Part shown: positions 17,578 through 25,571 of the stretch, in pieces | Position numbering within the stretch: position 1 is the first letter of the stretch | Layout: each line of letters opens with the position of its first letter | IMG/VR virus record: IMGVR_UViG_3300037461_000364 | Span: 1 to 43,909 of that record | From: a virus | Taxonomy: Duplodnaviria; Caudoviricetes | Reading direction: 5' to 3' (one strand) | Length of the DNA stretch: 43,909 nt | The notes under the pieces: generated by a model | Database searches by the model: none | The model's input: the letters and a program-made list of their open reading frames with translations, nothing else | Told to the model about the DNA's origin: nothing | Program-made: the position numbers and the translations under genes

Positions 17578-18954
17578 ATTCCCGATACTCGTAGCGCTCT
17601 CGCCCTTCGGCGCATTTCCCGGCGTGATCTTGATCCCCGGCACCGTCCCGGCCGGCGCCGTGCTGCCGACCGGCCCAGGGTACGGATCGCCGCGCTGCGC
17701 CTGCGCGTCGAGGCGCTCGCGAACCATCTCGGCGTTGAATCCCATCTCCTCATAGATCATGTCGCGCGGCAGGCCGATCGCGCCCCACTTCAGCATGCGG
17801 TCGGTCGTCTGGCTCGGCGTCTCGGTGCGCCGCTCGGCGAAGCTGATCACGTACTCGTCCGGGTCAGGAACCATGCCCTTGAGCAGCAACTGCAGCCGGA
17901 AGCCCTCGGAATACGCGAAGGCCAGCGTGTCCTGGAACACATCGACCTCCTCGTAGTAGTCCCGCTTCAGATCCTCGAGAATGTCGCGCGCCAGTCCGTC
18001 GGTGTAGCCCATCAACCCCTTCGGCAACGGCGACCCGGCGAAGAAGGTATCCAGCAGGTGCACCACGTCGCCGATGTCCGACAGGTTCGCATCGCCCTGC
18101 ACCGCCGACACCCCGCCCTTGCGGTTCATGTAGAAGTCGGTCGTGATCTCGCCCTTGTCCTTCTCAACCTGCGCCCGGTAGGCGTCGAGGTCGGCCTGCG
18201 CCGCGCCCTCCAGCACGTGCGCCAGGCGCAGCGGCGCCCGGTGCCGGCGACGGATCACCAGATCCTCCTCGGTCATCCGCAGCTTGCGCCACACCTCGCG
18301 GCTGGCGTCGAGGAATGGCCGCCCCATCGACCCCACGTCATCGTGCGAATCCGGATCGAAGCGGCACAGCAGCAACTGCCACAGCGGAAAGCCGACCAGC
18401 TTGGCGCCCGTCATCAGGTCGATCTGCCAGTAAGCATCCTTCACGTCCTTGAACCGGCCGCCGTCGTCCACGTTCGGCAGGATCGTCTCCGACGGCATGC
18501 GCACCGCAGCCGTCACGTTGTTGTTCGCGTCCACCACCCACTGCAGCGGCAGGTTGCCCTCCATCGCCAGCCCGCGCGCGTCGCTTTTCAGCTTCTCGAC
18601 GCGATGCAGCTGCAGCCGCCGCGCGAACGCCTCCCACTCATCTACCAGCGAACGCCTGGGCGCCGCCTGCGTGAACACCAGCCCGCCCTTCACCGTGTCG
18701 CGCGCAATCCGGCTGTGGATGCGCCGCACCCGGCCGTCCAGCCGGTCCATCTCGCGGATGTCGAGAATCGCCTGCCTGACCTCGGGGTCTACCCACATCA
18801 GCCGGTACAGGTACTTCAACTGGTTTTCCGGCGTCGTCCGCCGGCCCACCTCGCTGTCGCGCACCGCCGGGCTCGCCTGCCCGCTCGGCAACGTCGCCGC
18901 CCCACCCGCCTTGCCCGTCAGCCGCGCCCAGATTTCATTGAGTCCCATCGCCAT
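17572..18954 (-). CDS. Portal protein
   Basis: About 460 aa downstream of the terminase; GRPFLDASR..WRKLRMTEEDLVIRR..RAP motif typical of portals. The start could instead be 18948. Confidence 0.8.
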   Translation of the reverse strand: MAMGLNEIWARLTGKAGGAATLPSGQASPAVRDSEVGRRTTPENQLKYLYRLMWVDPEVRQAILDIREMDRLDGRVRRIHSRIARDTVKGGLVFTQAAPRRSLVDEWEAFARRLQLHRVEKLKSDARGLAMEGNLPLQWVVDANNNVTAAVRMPSETILPNVDDGGRFKDVKDAYWQIDLMTGAKLVGFPLWQLLLCRFDPDSHDDVGSMGRPFLDASREVWRKLRMTEEDLVIRRRHRAPLRLAHVLEGAAQADLDAYRAQVEKDKGEITTDFYMNRKGGVSAVQGDANLSDIGDVVHLLDTFFAGSPLPKGLMGYTDGLARDILEDLKRDYYEEVDVFQDTLAFAYSEGFRLQLLLKGMVPDPDEYVISFAERRTETPSQTTDRMLKWGAIGLPRDMIYEEMGFNAEMVRERLDAQAQRGDPYPGPVGSTAPAGTVPGIKITPGNAPKGESATSIGNG

Positions 18955-19189
18955 TCCCTTCAATCAGGCGCACGCTCGCCACGTTCCGCCAGCCATCGAT
19001 CAAGCCTTCCGTGTACAGATCCTTCACCACCCCGACCGCCTCCGGCAGATGCCCCTCGATGAACGCCTTGGTGCGCGTGATCCGCTCCCGCTCCGCCTCG
19101 GTCAACGGCCCCGCCGCCGGCCGCGCCGTCGCCACCATCACGGACGCCGCCGCCACCTTGCCCTTGATGCCGGCGCAGGTCGCGCTCAT
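18935..19189 (-). CDS. Hypothetical protein
   Basis: 84 aa, coupled to its neighbours; LYTEGLIDGWRNV motif. Confidence 0.65.
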   Translation of the reverse strand: MSATCAGIKGKVAAASVMVATARPAAGPLTEAERERITRTKAFIEGHLPEAVGVVKDLYTEGLIDGWRNVASVRLIEGNGDGTQ

Positions 19190-19257
19190 TTCCCCCCGGC
19201 CGCCAGAAACAGCACGATCACCGCCGCCGCAGCGAAGAAAAGCAGCGCCTCGATCAC
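19186..19257 (-). CDS. 23-aa hydrophobic small protein
   Basis: GTG overlaps the terminase stop (GTGA) and its stop overlaps the next ATG (ATGA). Sequence MIEALLFFAAAAVIVLFLAAGGK. Confidence 0.5.
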   Translation of the reverse strand: MIEALLFFAAAAVIVLFLAAGGK

Positions 19258-20852
19258 GCCGCCACCCCCAGCCCGACCAGCCGGTCGTTCGCCGAACCGT
19301 TCAGCAACTGCTCGCGCGTCACCGTGCGCCGCGCAATCACCGTCGGCGCGTCGTCCTGCCCGCGCGTCACCAGCGCCCACACCGCCGCCATTGCCGCGTC
19401 GAACAGGTCATCGCCCAACTTCGGGTCGGCCATCTTGAAGCTGGAATAGTCCGCCTTGTTCGTCTCCGCCTTGATGTTGCCGATCTGCCGCACGAACGCC
19501 CTCCAGTCGTCGATCTCCGGCGACAGGTCGAATTCGTCGAAGTACGCAATCGCCGCCTGGCCGTTGTGGAACGCCGCCCGCAGCATCGACGCCATGCTGT
19601 GCTTGGTCATCCCGGCAAAGCGGATCGGCGAGAACGGCCAGCCCGGCCAGCTTGTCGCCGTGCTCGCCCCGTCGTTCACCGTGCGCCGGTCGATGTCTGT
19701 CAGCCCCTGCGCGAACAGCCGGTCGTTCAGCGTCGTCAGCATCCCCAGCCCGTAGGCATCGCCGAGCGCGTAATCCGGGTCGAAGAACTCCCACAGCCCG
19801 ACCAGATCGCGCTCGACCACCCGGTCGTCGGTCCCCGCCGGCCACGTCCGCACGAACGGGAAGGTGCAGAAATTGCCGATCTGCTCGGCCACCACCAGCG
19901 CCGACTTACTCGCGGTGGCGCTTTCGCCATGTCCAGAATGGTCGTAGCCAAACGAGATCAGGCCGCGCTTGCGGTACTTGGCCCCCGGCAGCGGGCCGGC
20001 CGGCACCAGCCCCGCCTGTAAGCCAACAGCCAGCGCCTTGCGGATGTACTTCTCCCATATCCAGTTCTGGCTGGCCACGTTCTTGCACAGGAACTGCCGT
20101 ATCCATTCGCCCTCCGTCTGCTGCGCCCGCATCGAATCCGCCCACTCGCGGTTGAGGATGCCCAACTCGACCCCGAGATAGACATCCATCGCCGGCAGCA
20201 GGTGATACTCCCCGGAGTCGATCAGCGCCTGCATCACATCGGCGCCCTTGAACACCCCGGTCAACCGGATCTGCGGCGTGAACGTCTTGTCCGAGGCATC
20301 GACCCCGAGCCGCCGCGCAGCCCCTAGCATCGGCAGGAAGCGCGACAGCAACCGGTCCTGCGGCATGTCGTCGGTCTCCTCGAGGCTCGCCACCGTGATC
20401 GAATCGCCGTCGATCTGGCTCATGATCCCGTAGGCCCCGCACTTCGACCCGTTGGCCAGCGCGTACCCGGTATCCTTCAACTGCCGCCGCCCGTTGCGGT
20501 AGCCGACGAAGCCGGAGAGGATCTCCGAACGGCGGATCGCCTCGATGTGGTAGTTGAGATTGTTCTGCGACTGCTGCAAGCGCGGCGCGACGATCCCCTC
20601 CTCCTGCGCCGGATTCGTCGCCAGGTGCTTCAGGCAATACAACTCCTTGATCGCCGTCTTCCCCGTTCGCCGGCACGATACGTCGATCGTGTTGGAATGC
20701 GAATCCATTTCAATGCACTTTAGGTGTTGATAAGGATCAATCGTTACGCCGTGAATGTGGCGATGCCAAAGAGCGTGATCATGAGCGTACTTCATGATCT
20801 CAACCTCCGCCCGCTCCTGCACAGTCACCCGCTGCGCCGCCGATATGCGCAT
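19254..20852 (-). CDS. terL: Terminase large subunit
   Basis: Walker A-like CRRTGKT, Walker B-like VASLEE, nuclease FGYD...GDAYG...DDLFDA; upstream of the portal. Confidence 0.85.
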   Translation of the reverse strand: MRISAAQRVTVQERAEVEIMKYAHDHALWHRHIHGVTIDPYQHLKCIEMDSHSNTIDVSCRRTGKTAIKELYCLKHLATNPAQEEGIVAPRLQQSQNNLNYHIEAIRRSEILSGFVGYRNGRRQLKDTGYALANGSKCGAYGIMSQIDGDSITVASLEETDDMPQDRLLSRFLPMLGAARRLGVDASDKTFTPQIRLTGVFKGADVMQALIDSGEYHLLPAMDVYLGVELGILNREWADSMRAQQTEGEWIRQFLCKNVASQNWIWEKYIRKALAVGLQAGLVPAGPLPGAKYRKRGLISFGYDHSGHGESATASKSALVVAEQIGNFCTFPFVRTWPAGTDDRVVERDLVGLWEFFDPDYALGDAYGLGMLTTLNDRLFAQGLTDIDRRTVNDGASTATSWPGWPFSPIRFAGMTKHSMASMLRAAFHNGQAAIAYFDEFDLSPEIDDWRAFVRQIGNIKAETNKADYSSFKMADPKLGDDLFDAAMAAVWALVTRGQDDAPTVIARRTVTREQLLNGSANDRLVGLGVAA

Positions 20853-21775
20853 CAGGAGTTACCCCCCTGCGCCCGGTAATCCAGCAGCACTGGGTCTTTC
20901 TCGCGCGCCGTGCCGGCCCGCTTGAGCAGCGCGCCCAGATCCTCCAGCGCCTTCGCCTGGCGGGCCGCGAATGCCGCCTGTTCCTCGCGCTGGTCCTCGG
21001 TTTCCTTCAGCTTGCCCAGCGCCGCGTCGCTGTCTTCATGCACTTTTGGCGTCATCGACAGGTCGGCCAGGCTCAGGCCCATCCGTGAGATCCAGTCGGG
21101 AATCACCCGCAGCAACTGGTTCACCTCCTGCTGCATGACCGGCGACAGGTTGCCGTCCTTGTCGAACACCTCGAGCACCCGCGTCATGCCCTCGCGGTCG
21201 ACCACCGTCTTGGGAATCTCCCGCGCCACCCCGGAATGCAGCACCGACAGCAGCATTTCGCGCAGCACCAGCAGGCTCATACCGTGAGCCTCGCTGAAAA
21301 TCCCGTTCAGCAGTTCCGGCTTCTTCTGCTCGAAAGCCGCCCGCACCAGGACAAAATGCCCGGCCTTGAGCAGGCACACCGGCTGCGCCGCGCAGTAGTC
21401 GCGCTCGATCTCGCACGATACGCACCACTGGTAGCCGTCCGGCTTGGCCGGCAGCGGCGTCATCTCCTTGAGGTAGCGCCCATGCTTGACGTTGTTGTAC
21501 TTCGATCGGTGCTTCTGTTCCGGCGTCATGTTCGCCAGATTCTGGGCGCAGCGCGCCCGCCCGGCCGCCGTCGTCGGCCCGCAGCGCTTGCCCTCGGCCG
21601 CCCACAGTCCTTTTTGCCAGAACGCCTGGCGCGTCTCCGCCCCGCACTTCGGGCAGGCCGCGAAGTAATCGAGCAGCAGCGGCTCGTCGCCCTCGCCGGC
21701 AATCCGCGCCGGCGGCCCCTCCCACGTGTGGCGGCAAGGCTTGCACTGAAAGGCAACGTCCGTAATTTCGCTCAT
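20852..21775 (-). CDS. Putative terminase small subunit with Zn-binding N-terminus
   Basis: Coupled to terL. CKPC/CPKC pairs and GPTTAAGRARCAQN...NNVKHG motif. ATG at 21775 is preferred because it lies downstream of the promoter motif. Confidence 0.7.
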   Translation of the reverse strand: MSEITDVAFQCKPCRHTWEGPPARIAGEGDEPLLLDYFAACPKCGAETRQAFWQKGLWAAEGKRCGPTTAAGRARCAQNLANMTPEQKHRSKYNNVKHGRYLKEMTPLPAKPDGYQWCVSCEIERDYCAAQPVCLLKAGHFVLVRAAFEQKKPELLNGIFSEAHGMSLLVLREMLLSVLHSGVAREIPKTVVDREGMTRVLEVFDKDGNLSPVMQQEVNQLLRVIPDWISRMGLSLADLSMTPKVHEDSDAALGKLKETEDQREEQAAFAARQAKALEDLGALLKRAGTAREKDPVLLDYRAQGGNS

Positions 21776-21781
21776 TTCGCC

Positions 21782-21830
21782 AGTTTCATCCGCACCACCG
21801 CGCAAAAAAAGGGGCAGGCATGACTACCCC
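21782..21830 (-). promoter_or_regulatory. Putative late promoter / terminator element upstream of the packaging operon
   Basis: GGGG-N12-CCCC-TTTTTTT-GC-N14-GAAACT-N6-ATG. Confidence 0.7.
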
Positions 21831-22177
21831 GCCGACTCCAGTACCACCGCCTCGGCCACGCCCAACTGGTCGAACAGTCCCGGCCAGCGCTTGCGCGGGA
21901 TGCCCATCAGCCGCAACGTCGCCGGGATCGCCGCATGATCCAGCCCGACCGGCCGCCCGCTGTACGGATGCAGCCGCCACTGCCGGCGCAACCTGAGAAA
22001 GACGCTGACCGCCTCGACGTTGCGCGACCACACCGGAAAACTCACCGGCCCCGGCTCGCCCTGTTCCTCGACGAAGCGCCGAGCCTCTTCCTCGCCGACG
22101 CCGAAGCGCATCAGGTCGCCGATGCGCTCGCCCTCGTCCGCCTTGCCGCCGCGCAGCCAGTGGCGCACGGCGGCCAT
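21824..22177 (-). CDS. Tail assembly chaperone T-part (DUF1799-like), reachable by -1 frameshift
   Basis: VWSRNVEAVSVFLRLRRQWR...GLDHAAI motif; lies in the -1 frame relative to the upstream chaperone. Confidence 0.8.
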   Translation of the reverse strand: MAAVRHWLRGGKADEGERIGDLMRFGVGEEEARRFVEEQGEPGPVSFPVWSRNVEAVSVFLRLRRQWRLHPYSGRPVGLDHAAIPATLRLMGIPRKRWPGLFDQLGVAEAVVLESAG

Positions 22178-22506
22178 CAGTTTTTTGTCAGAACCCCGAT
22201 CAACTCGCCCTCGTAGGCAGCAAAAATCGCCTGCCCGGCCTTCGGGTAGTTGCGCGTCAGCTTGTCCAGAGCCTCCTTCGAGAATGCCGCGTTGATGTTC
22301 TCGCCCTCCCAACCGTCGACGAAGCGCGCCAGGAAGTCGGCGGTCGATTCCTTCTTGTCCCGGCTTTCTTCGAGCATGGCAAAGAATGCGTCGCGGTCCA
22401 TGTGCCGGAAGCGGAAAGTCACCGCCACTGGCGCCCGCCCCGGCACCGGAAGCGGCACCGGCAGCGTGAACGTCGGGTTCGGATCGATCGTGAACAGGTC
22501 GCTCAT
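22177..22506 (-). CDS. Tail assembly chaperone (gpG-like)
   Basis: 109 aa after the tail tube gene; FTIDPNPTF...VTFRFRH; ends in the slippery sequence A AAA AAC TGA. Confidence 0.85.
   Translation of the reverse strand: MSDLFTIDPNPTFTLPVPLPVPGRAPVAVTFRFRHMDRDAFFAMLEESRDKKESTADFLARFVDGWEGENINAAFSKEALDKLTRNYPKAGQAIFAAYEGELIGVLTKN
22180..22186 (-). other. -1 programmed frameshift slippery heptamer A AAA AAC
   Basis: X XXY YYZ pattern immediately before the chaperone stop; the -1 frame is open into the DUF1799-like ORF. Confidence 0.75.
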
Positions 22507-23438
22507 AGCGCGGTGATCTTGATTTCGTCATTACCCGTCGAAGGCGCGAACACCAGCCCGGCCTGCAACATCGCAATGCCGTCCTGGTCCTGGTACTGCG
22601 GATTGATCAATTGCACGTTCGGCGCGTCGACCTGGAACTTGTTGCCGGCGGTCGTCCCGTGAATCAACTGCACGGCGCCGGTCGTGATGTTCTTGATCGA
22701 AGTCCACCAGTCCTTCGTCGCCACCAGTTCGGCCTCCATCAGGATCTGGCCGGCCGGCTTGCGGTCGGTGATCAGCACTTCAGCCATCGCGGCGCCGATC
22801 ATCTCGCGGAACACCACCTCATTGGCCATGTCCGCCGTCAGGCTGTGCACGCGGCCGGCGTAGCCATGCACCGTCAGCGTCGGCGTGTTGGTCCGGTTGA
22901 CCGCCAGCGGCTTCTGCCATGCGGTCAGCGTCAAGGTCGGGCTGGCCGCGTCAGCCACCGTGTTGAACAGCCCGGTAAACGAGAACTTCATCGCCGGGCG
23001 CCCGTCGCGCGTGAAATCAAGGCTCATCGTCCCGCGCGCGCCGGTCAGCTTGTGCAGCAGGCCGTCGATATTGAAGTAGATCGTCACCGAGGAAAACGCA
23101 GCCGATACCGGCGAGTATTCCACCTTGACCCCGGCCGAGATCGTCTCGGCGAAGCCGCAGGCCAGCAGCAGCGGCCCCCAGGCCGGCGCCGTTCCGGCCG
23201 CGCCCGATCCGGCCGCCTCGCAGGTGAAGTCGATCTTCGTGTACAGCCCGGTCGGCAATTGCTCGTTGCTTCCCAGGAATGGCCGGATGTTGTCGCGGTC
23301 GACCGTCTTCATCTCCATCGGCATGATGGTCACGTCGGAGACCAGGATCGCGTTCGCCGCGCCGGTCGGCACCGGGTCCGTGCCATAGACGGATTCGGTT
23401 TTCGCCAGCAAGGCGGCCTTACGCTTGAGGAGTGCCAT
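22503..23438 (-). CDS. Major tail tube protein
   Basis: 311 aa; LLAKTESVYGTDP, AGTAPAWGPLLLACG and ITDRKPAG motifs. No sheath gene is present. Confidence 0.85.
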   Translation of the reverse strand: MALLKRKAALLAKTESVYGTDPVPTGAANAILVSDVTIMPMEMKTVDRDNIRPFLGSNEQLPTGLYTKIDFTCEAAGSGAAGTAPAWGPLLLACGFAETISAGVKVEYSPVSAAFSSVTIYFNIDGLLHKLTGARGTMSLDFTRDGRPAMKFSFTGLFNTVADAASPTLTLTAWQKPLAVNRTNTPTLTVHGYAGRVHSLTADMANEVVFREMIGAAMAEVLITDRKPAGQILMEAELVATKDWWTSIKNITTGAVQLIHGTTAGNKFQVDAPNVQLINPQYQDQDGIAMLQAGLVFAPSTGNDEIKITAL

Positions 23439-23589
23439 TTTCTTCGTCCTTCATCGGTTGATAATCAGCCGGCAGCGTCCGCGAAACCAGTTCGCGCCTG
23501 CCGGTCATCGGGTTCACGACATAGCGGCCACCCTGCCCCGCGTATTCGTCGTCCACCGGCGTTTCCGCCGCCGTTTCCTTCTTGCTCAC
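23419..23589 (-). CDS. Small hypothetical protein
   Basis: GTG coupled to the upstream stop; DEYAGQGGRYVVNPMTGRRELVSRT. Confidence 0.6.
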   Translation of the reverse strand: MSKKETAAETPVDDEYAGQGGRYVVNPMTGRRELVSRTLPADYQPMKDEENGTPQA

Positions 23590-23993
23590 GGCAAAACCTC
23601 CCACGTCATTGCAAACCACCCATACGGCGCGTCCATCTGCCCGGAAAACCGCGTCTCGAGCAGGTCGATCAGGTTCACCGGCAGCACGCCCTGCAAATAG
23701 TCCTTGACCTCCTCGGCAAAGGCGAACTCGGCGTCCTCGACCACTGAAGGCAAGGCGTCCTCAGGCAGTTTCAACTGCCCGACCACAGCCAGCGTCAGCC
23801 GCCCCAGATCGGCCTCGCGCCCGCGATAGTTGGCGTATCGCCACTCCCTCTGCGTGATGATCGTCAACGTCCCCGCTTCCAGATCAACCTGCGCCCGCTG
23901 CGCGAAGTCGAGAAAGTCGCGCGTCACCACCCGCGTCGGCAGCGCCTGCGCCAGATCGGCGCGGATGTCTTCGAGCTTGTCAGCCAGCGCCAC
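23586..23993 (-). CDS. Putative tail terminator / completion protein
   Basis: 135 aa between the gp10-like gene and the tail tube gene (called mainly by position). Confidence 0.6.
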   Translation of the reverse strand: MALADKLEDIRADLAQALPTRVVTRDFLDFAQRAQVDLEAGTLTIITQREWRYANYRGREADLGRLTLAVVGQLKLPEDALPSVVEDAEFAFAEEVKDYLQGVLPVNLIDLLETRFSGQMDAPYGWFAMTWEVLP

Positions 23994-24528
23994 TTGCGCC
24001 TCCGTTGATCTCGTTCACCGCCGCCCGCATCGCCGCGTCCGCCAGTTCCACCACCCGCGCCCGCTTCATCTCCAGCGCCGGCTGCATGAACGGCTGCGGC
24101 TGGATGCCACGGCGCGAAATCGCCCGCGCGATCACATACCCCAGGCGGTCCAGCTTCTTGCCCTCGGCAGTCGGGTCGACCTTCAGGCGGATCCATTCCA
24201 GCAGCCCGTTCTGCGTCCCGGTCTTGCGCATTGGCATGCGCCCGCCCTCGACCCACGGCGCGTAGTTCATCCCCGGCCGCACCGACAAGTCGCCCCACGG
24301 CGCGGAGATCTTCCCCGGCCGCACCGACAAGGCCAGATCGCCTTCACGATAGACCGAAATCGAATTGACCAGATGTGAAAACGCTTTCGGCGAGCGGCCG
24401 CGCGCCTCGCGTGCAATCTCCTGCGCCCCGCGCTCCAGCGCCCAGTACAGCCGCCGCGTCACCACTTCCGGCGCCGCCGCCAGTGCCGCGCGCGCGTTCG
24501 CGTCGTCGTAGCGGAGCTCGATCCTCAC
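23980..24528 (-). CDS. HK97 gp10-like tail completion protein
   Basis: GTG at 24528 overlaps the upstream stop; LVNSI...NYAPWVEGG...IARAISRRGIQPQPFMQPA motif. Confidence 0.8.
   Translation of the reverse strand: MRIELRYDDANARAALAAAPEVVTRRLYWALERGAQEIAREARGRSPKAFSHLVNSISVYREGDLALSVRPGKISAPWGDLSVRPGMNYAPWVEGGRMPMRKTGTQNGLLEWIRLKVDPTAEGKKLDRLGYVIARAISRRGIQPQPFMQPALEMKRARVVELADAAMRAAVNEINGGASGAG
24252..24331. repeat. 42-bp-period tandem duplication inside the gp10-like gene
   Basis: 24252-24289 and 24294-24331 match at 35/38 positions (LSVRPGKISAPW / LSVRPGMNYAPW). Confidence 0.85.
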
Positions 24529-25151
24529 CGCCCAATCCTCTCGTAGAACTCTTTCAGCAGCGCCAGGTAGAGGCTGGCCGGCGTTCCGTTGCGTGGCTGC
24601 CCGCTGATCCCGTCGCGCATCGTCACCGGCTTGGCCAGGTTGCGCAGTGCCATCTCCCGGCATGCCTCCGCCTGCGCCCGCAGCAGCAGCAGGCTGCGGC
24701 TCGATGCCGGAATATCCGTCACATCGACCGGCCCGGTCGTCACGTAGCTGGCGAAGTAGAAATAGCGATACTCGCTGCCGAGAATGGCGATCTGTTCTGC
24801 CGTCGGTGCCGGCGACAGAATCAGCGACTCGCCGCAATGGAACACGTCCGGCAAGCGGCCCGGATAATTCTTGTCCCACGGCTTCGCCACCGAAGCCGTA
24901 CCCCACAGCGCCATCTTGAAGCGCTGGAAATCGGCCGGCGCCGCGTATTCCGACTGCCCGGCCACCAGCGTCAGTGTCGCAGCCAGCGTCAGCGTCGCCG
25001 AACCGCTCTCGGAAGCGCTGCCGCCCATGTCCTCGCCAGCAGTCGCCAGCAGCCGGTCGAAGTCCTCCGGGTCGGCGAACACCGCCGCCGAATCGTGCAG
25101 GCTCGCCTGCAGATCGGCGCGCAGGTCGGCCAGGCTCATCGAACCCGCCAT
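24525..25151 (-). CDS. Head-tail adaptor / connector-like protein
   Basis: 208 aa, TLTLVAGQSEYAAPADF motif; located after the capsid genes. Confidence 0.65.
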   Translation of the reverse strand: MAGSMSLADLRADLQASLHDSAAVFADPEDFDRLLATAGEDMGGSASESGSATLTLAATLTLVAGQSEYAAPADFQRFKMALWGTASVAKPWDKNYPGRLPDVFHCGESLILSPAPTAEQIAILGSEYRYFYFASYVTTGPVDVTDIPASSRSLLLLRAQAEACREMALRNLAKPVTMRDGISGQPRNGTPASLYLALLKEFYERIGR

Positions 25152-25493
25152 TTACCCCTCGCCGCCATCGGCCGCCGAATTGTTCGCGCGGCGCAGCATT
25201 TCCTCGGCAATCGCCGCCAGCACGCCCTTGCGGTTCTTTCCGGCCAGTTCCATTGCCTCCATGCGCACCAGCCACTCGCGGTTGAGCAGATCCAGCGCGC
25301 CCGTCACCTCCGCCACGTTGCCCTCGAGCAACTCGGCGATCGGGTCTTCGTCCTCCACAACCGGCGCCGTCGCCGAACGCCGGTACTCCGGCGGCAAGTC
25401 ATCCTCGGCAAGATGCCGCGTCTCGCCCGGCGGGATCATCATCCCGCCAACGTAGATCGGCGATGCGCCCTTGTTCTCGATAGGAACCTGCAT
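25152..25493 (-). CDS. Hypothetical head-associated protein
   Basis: ATG at 25493 with AAGGA SD; C-terminal E..GKNRKGVLAAI motif. Confidence 0.65.
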   Translation of the reverse strand: MQVPIENKGASPIYVGGMMIPPGETRHLAEDDLPPEYRRSATAPVVEDEDPIAELLEGNVAEVTGALDLLNREWLVRMEAMELAGKNRKGVLAAIAEEMLRRANNSAADGGEG

Positions 25494-25509
25494 TCCATGT
25501 CCTTTCTGC

Positions 25510-25560
25510 AAAAATCCCCCGCCCCGGAGGGCGAGGGCCAAAACTCCCCGTTGCCGGGGA
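25510..25560 (-). terminator. Tandem hairpins with T-runs after the major capsid gene
   Basis: Minus strand: TCCCCG-GCAA-CGGGGA-GTTTT, then CCCTCGCCC-TCCG-GGGCGGGGG-ATTTTT. Confidence 0.65.
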
Positions 25561-25571
25561 CCGGAGACTCC

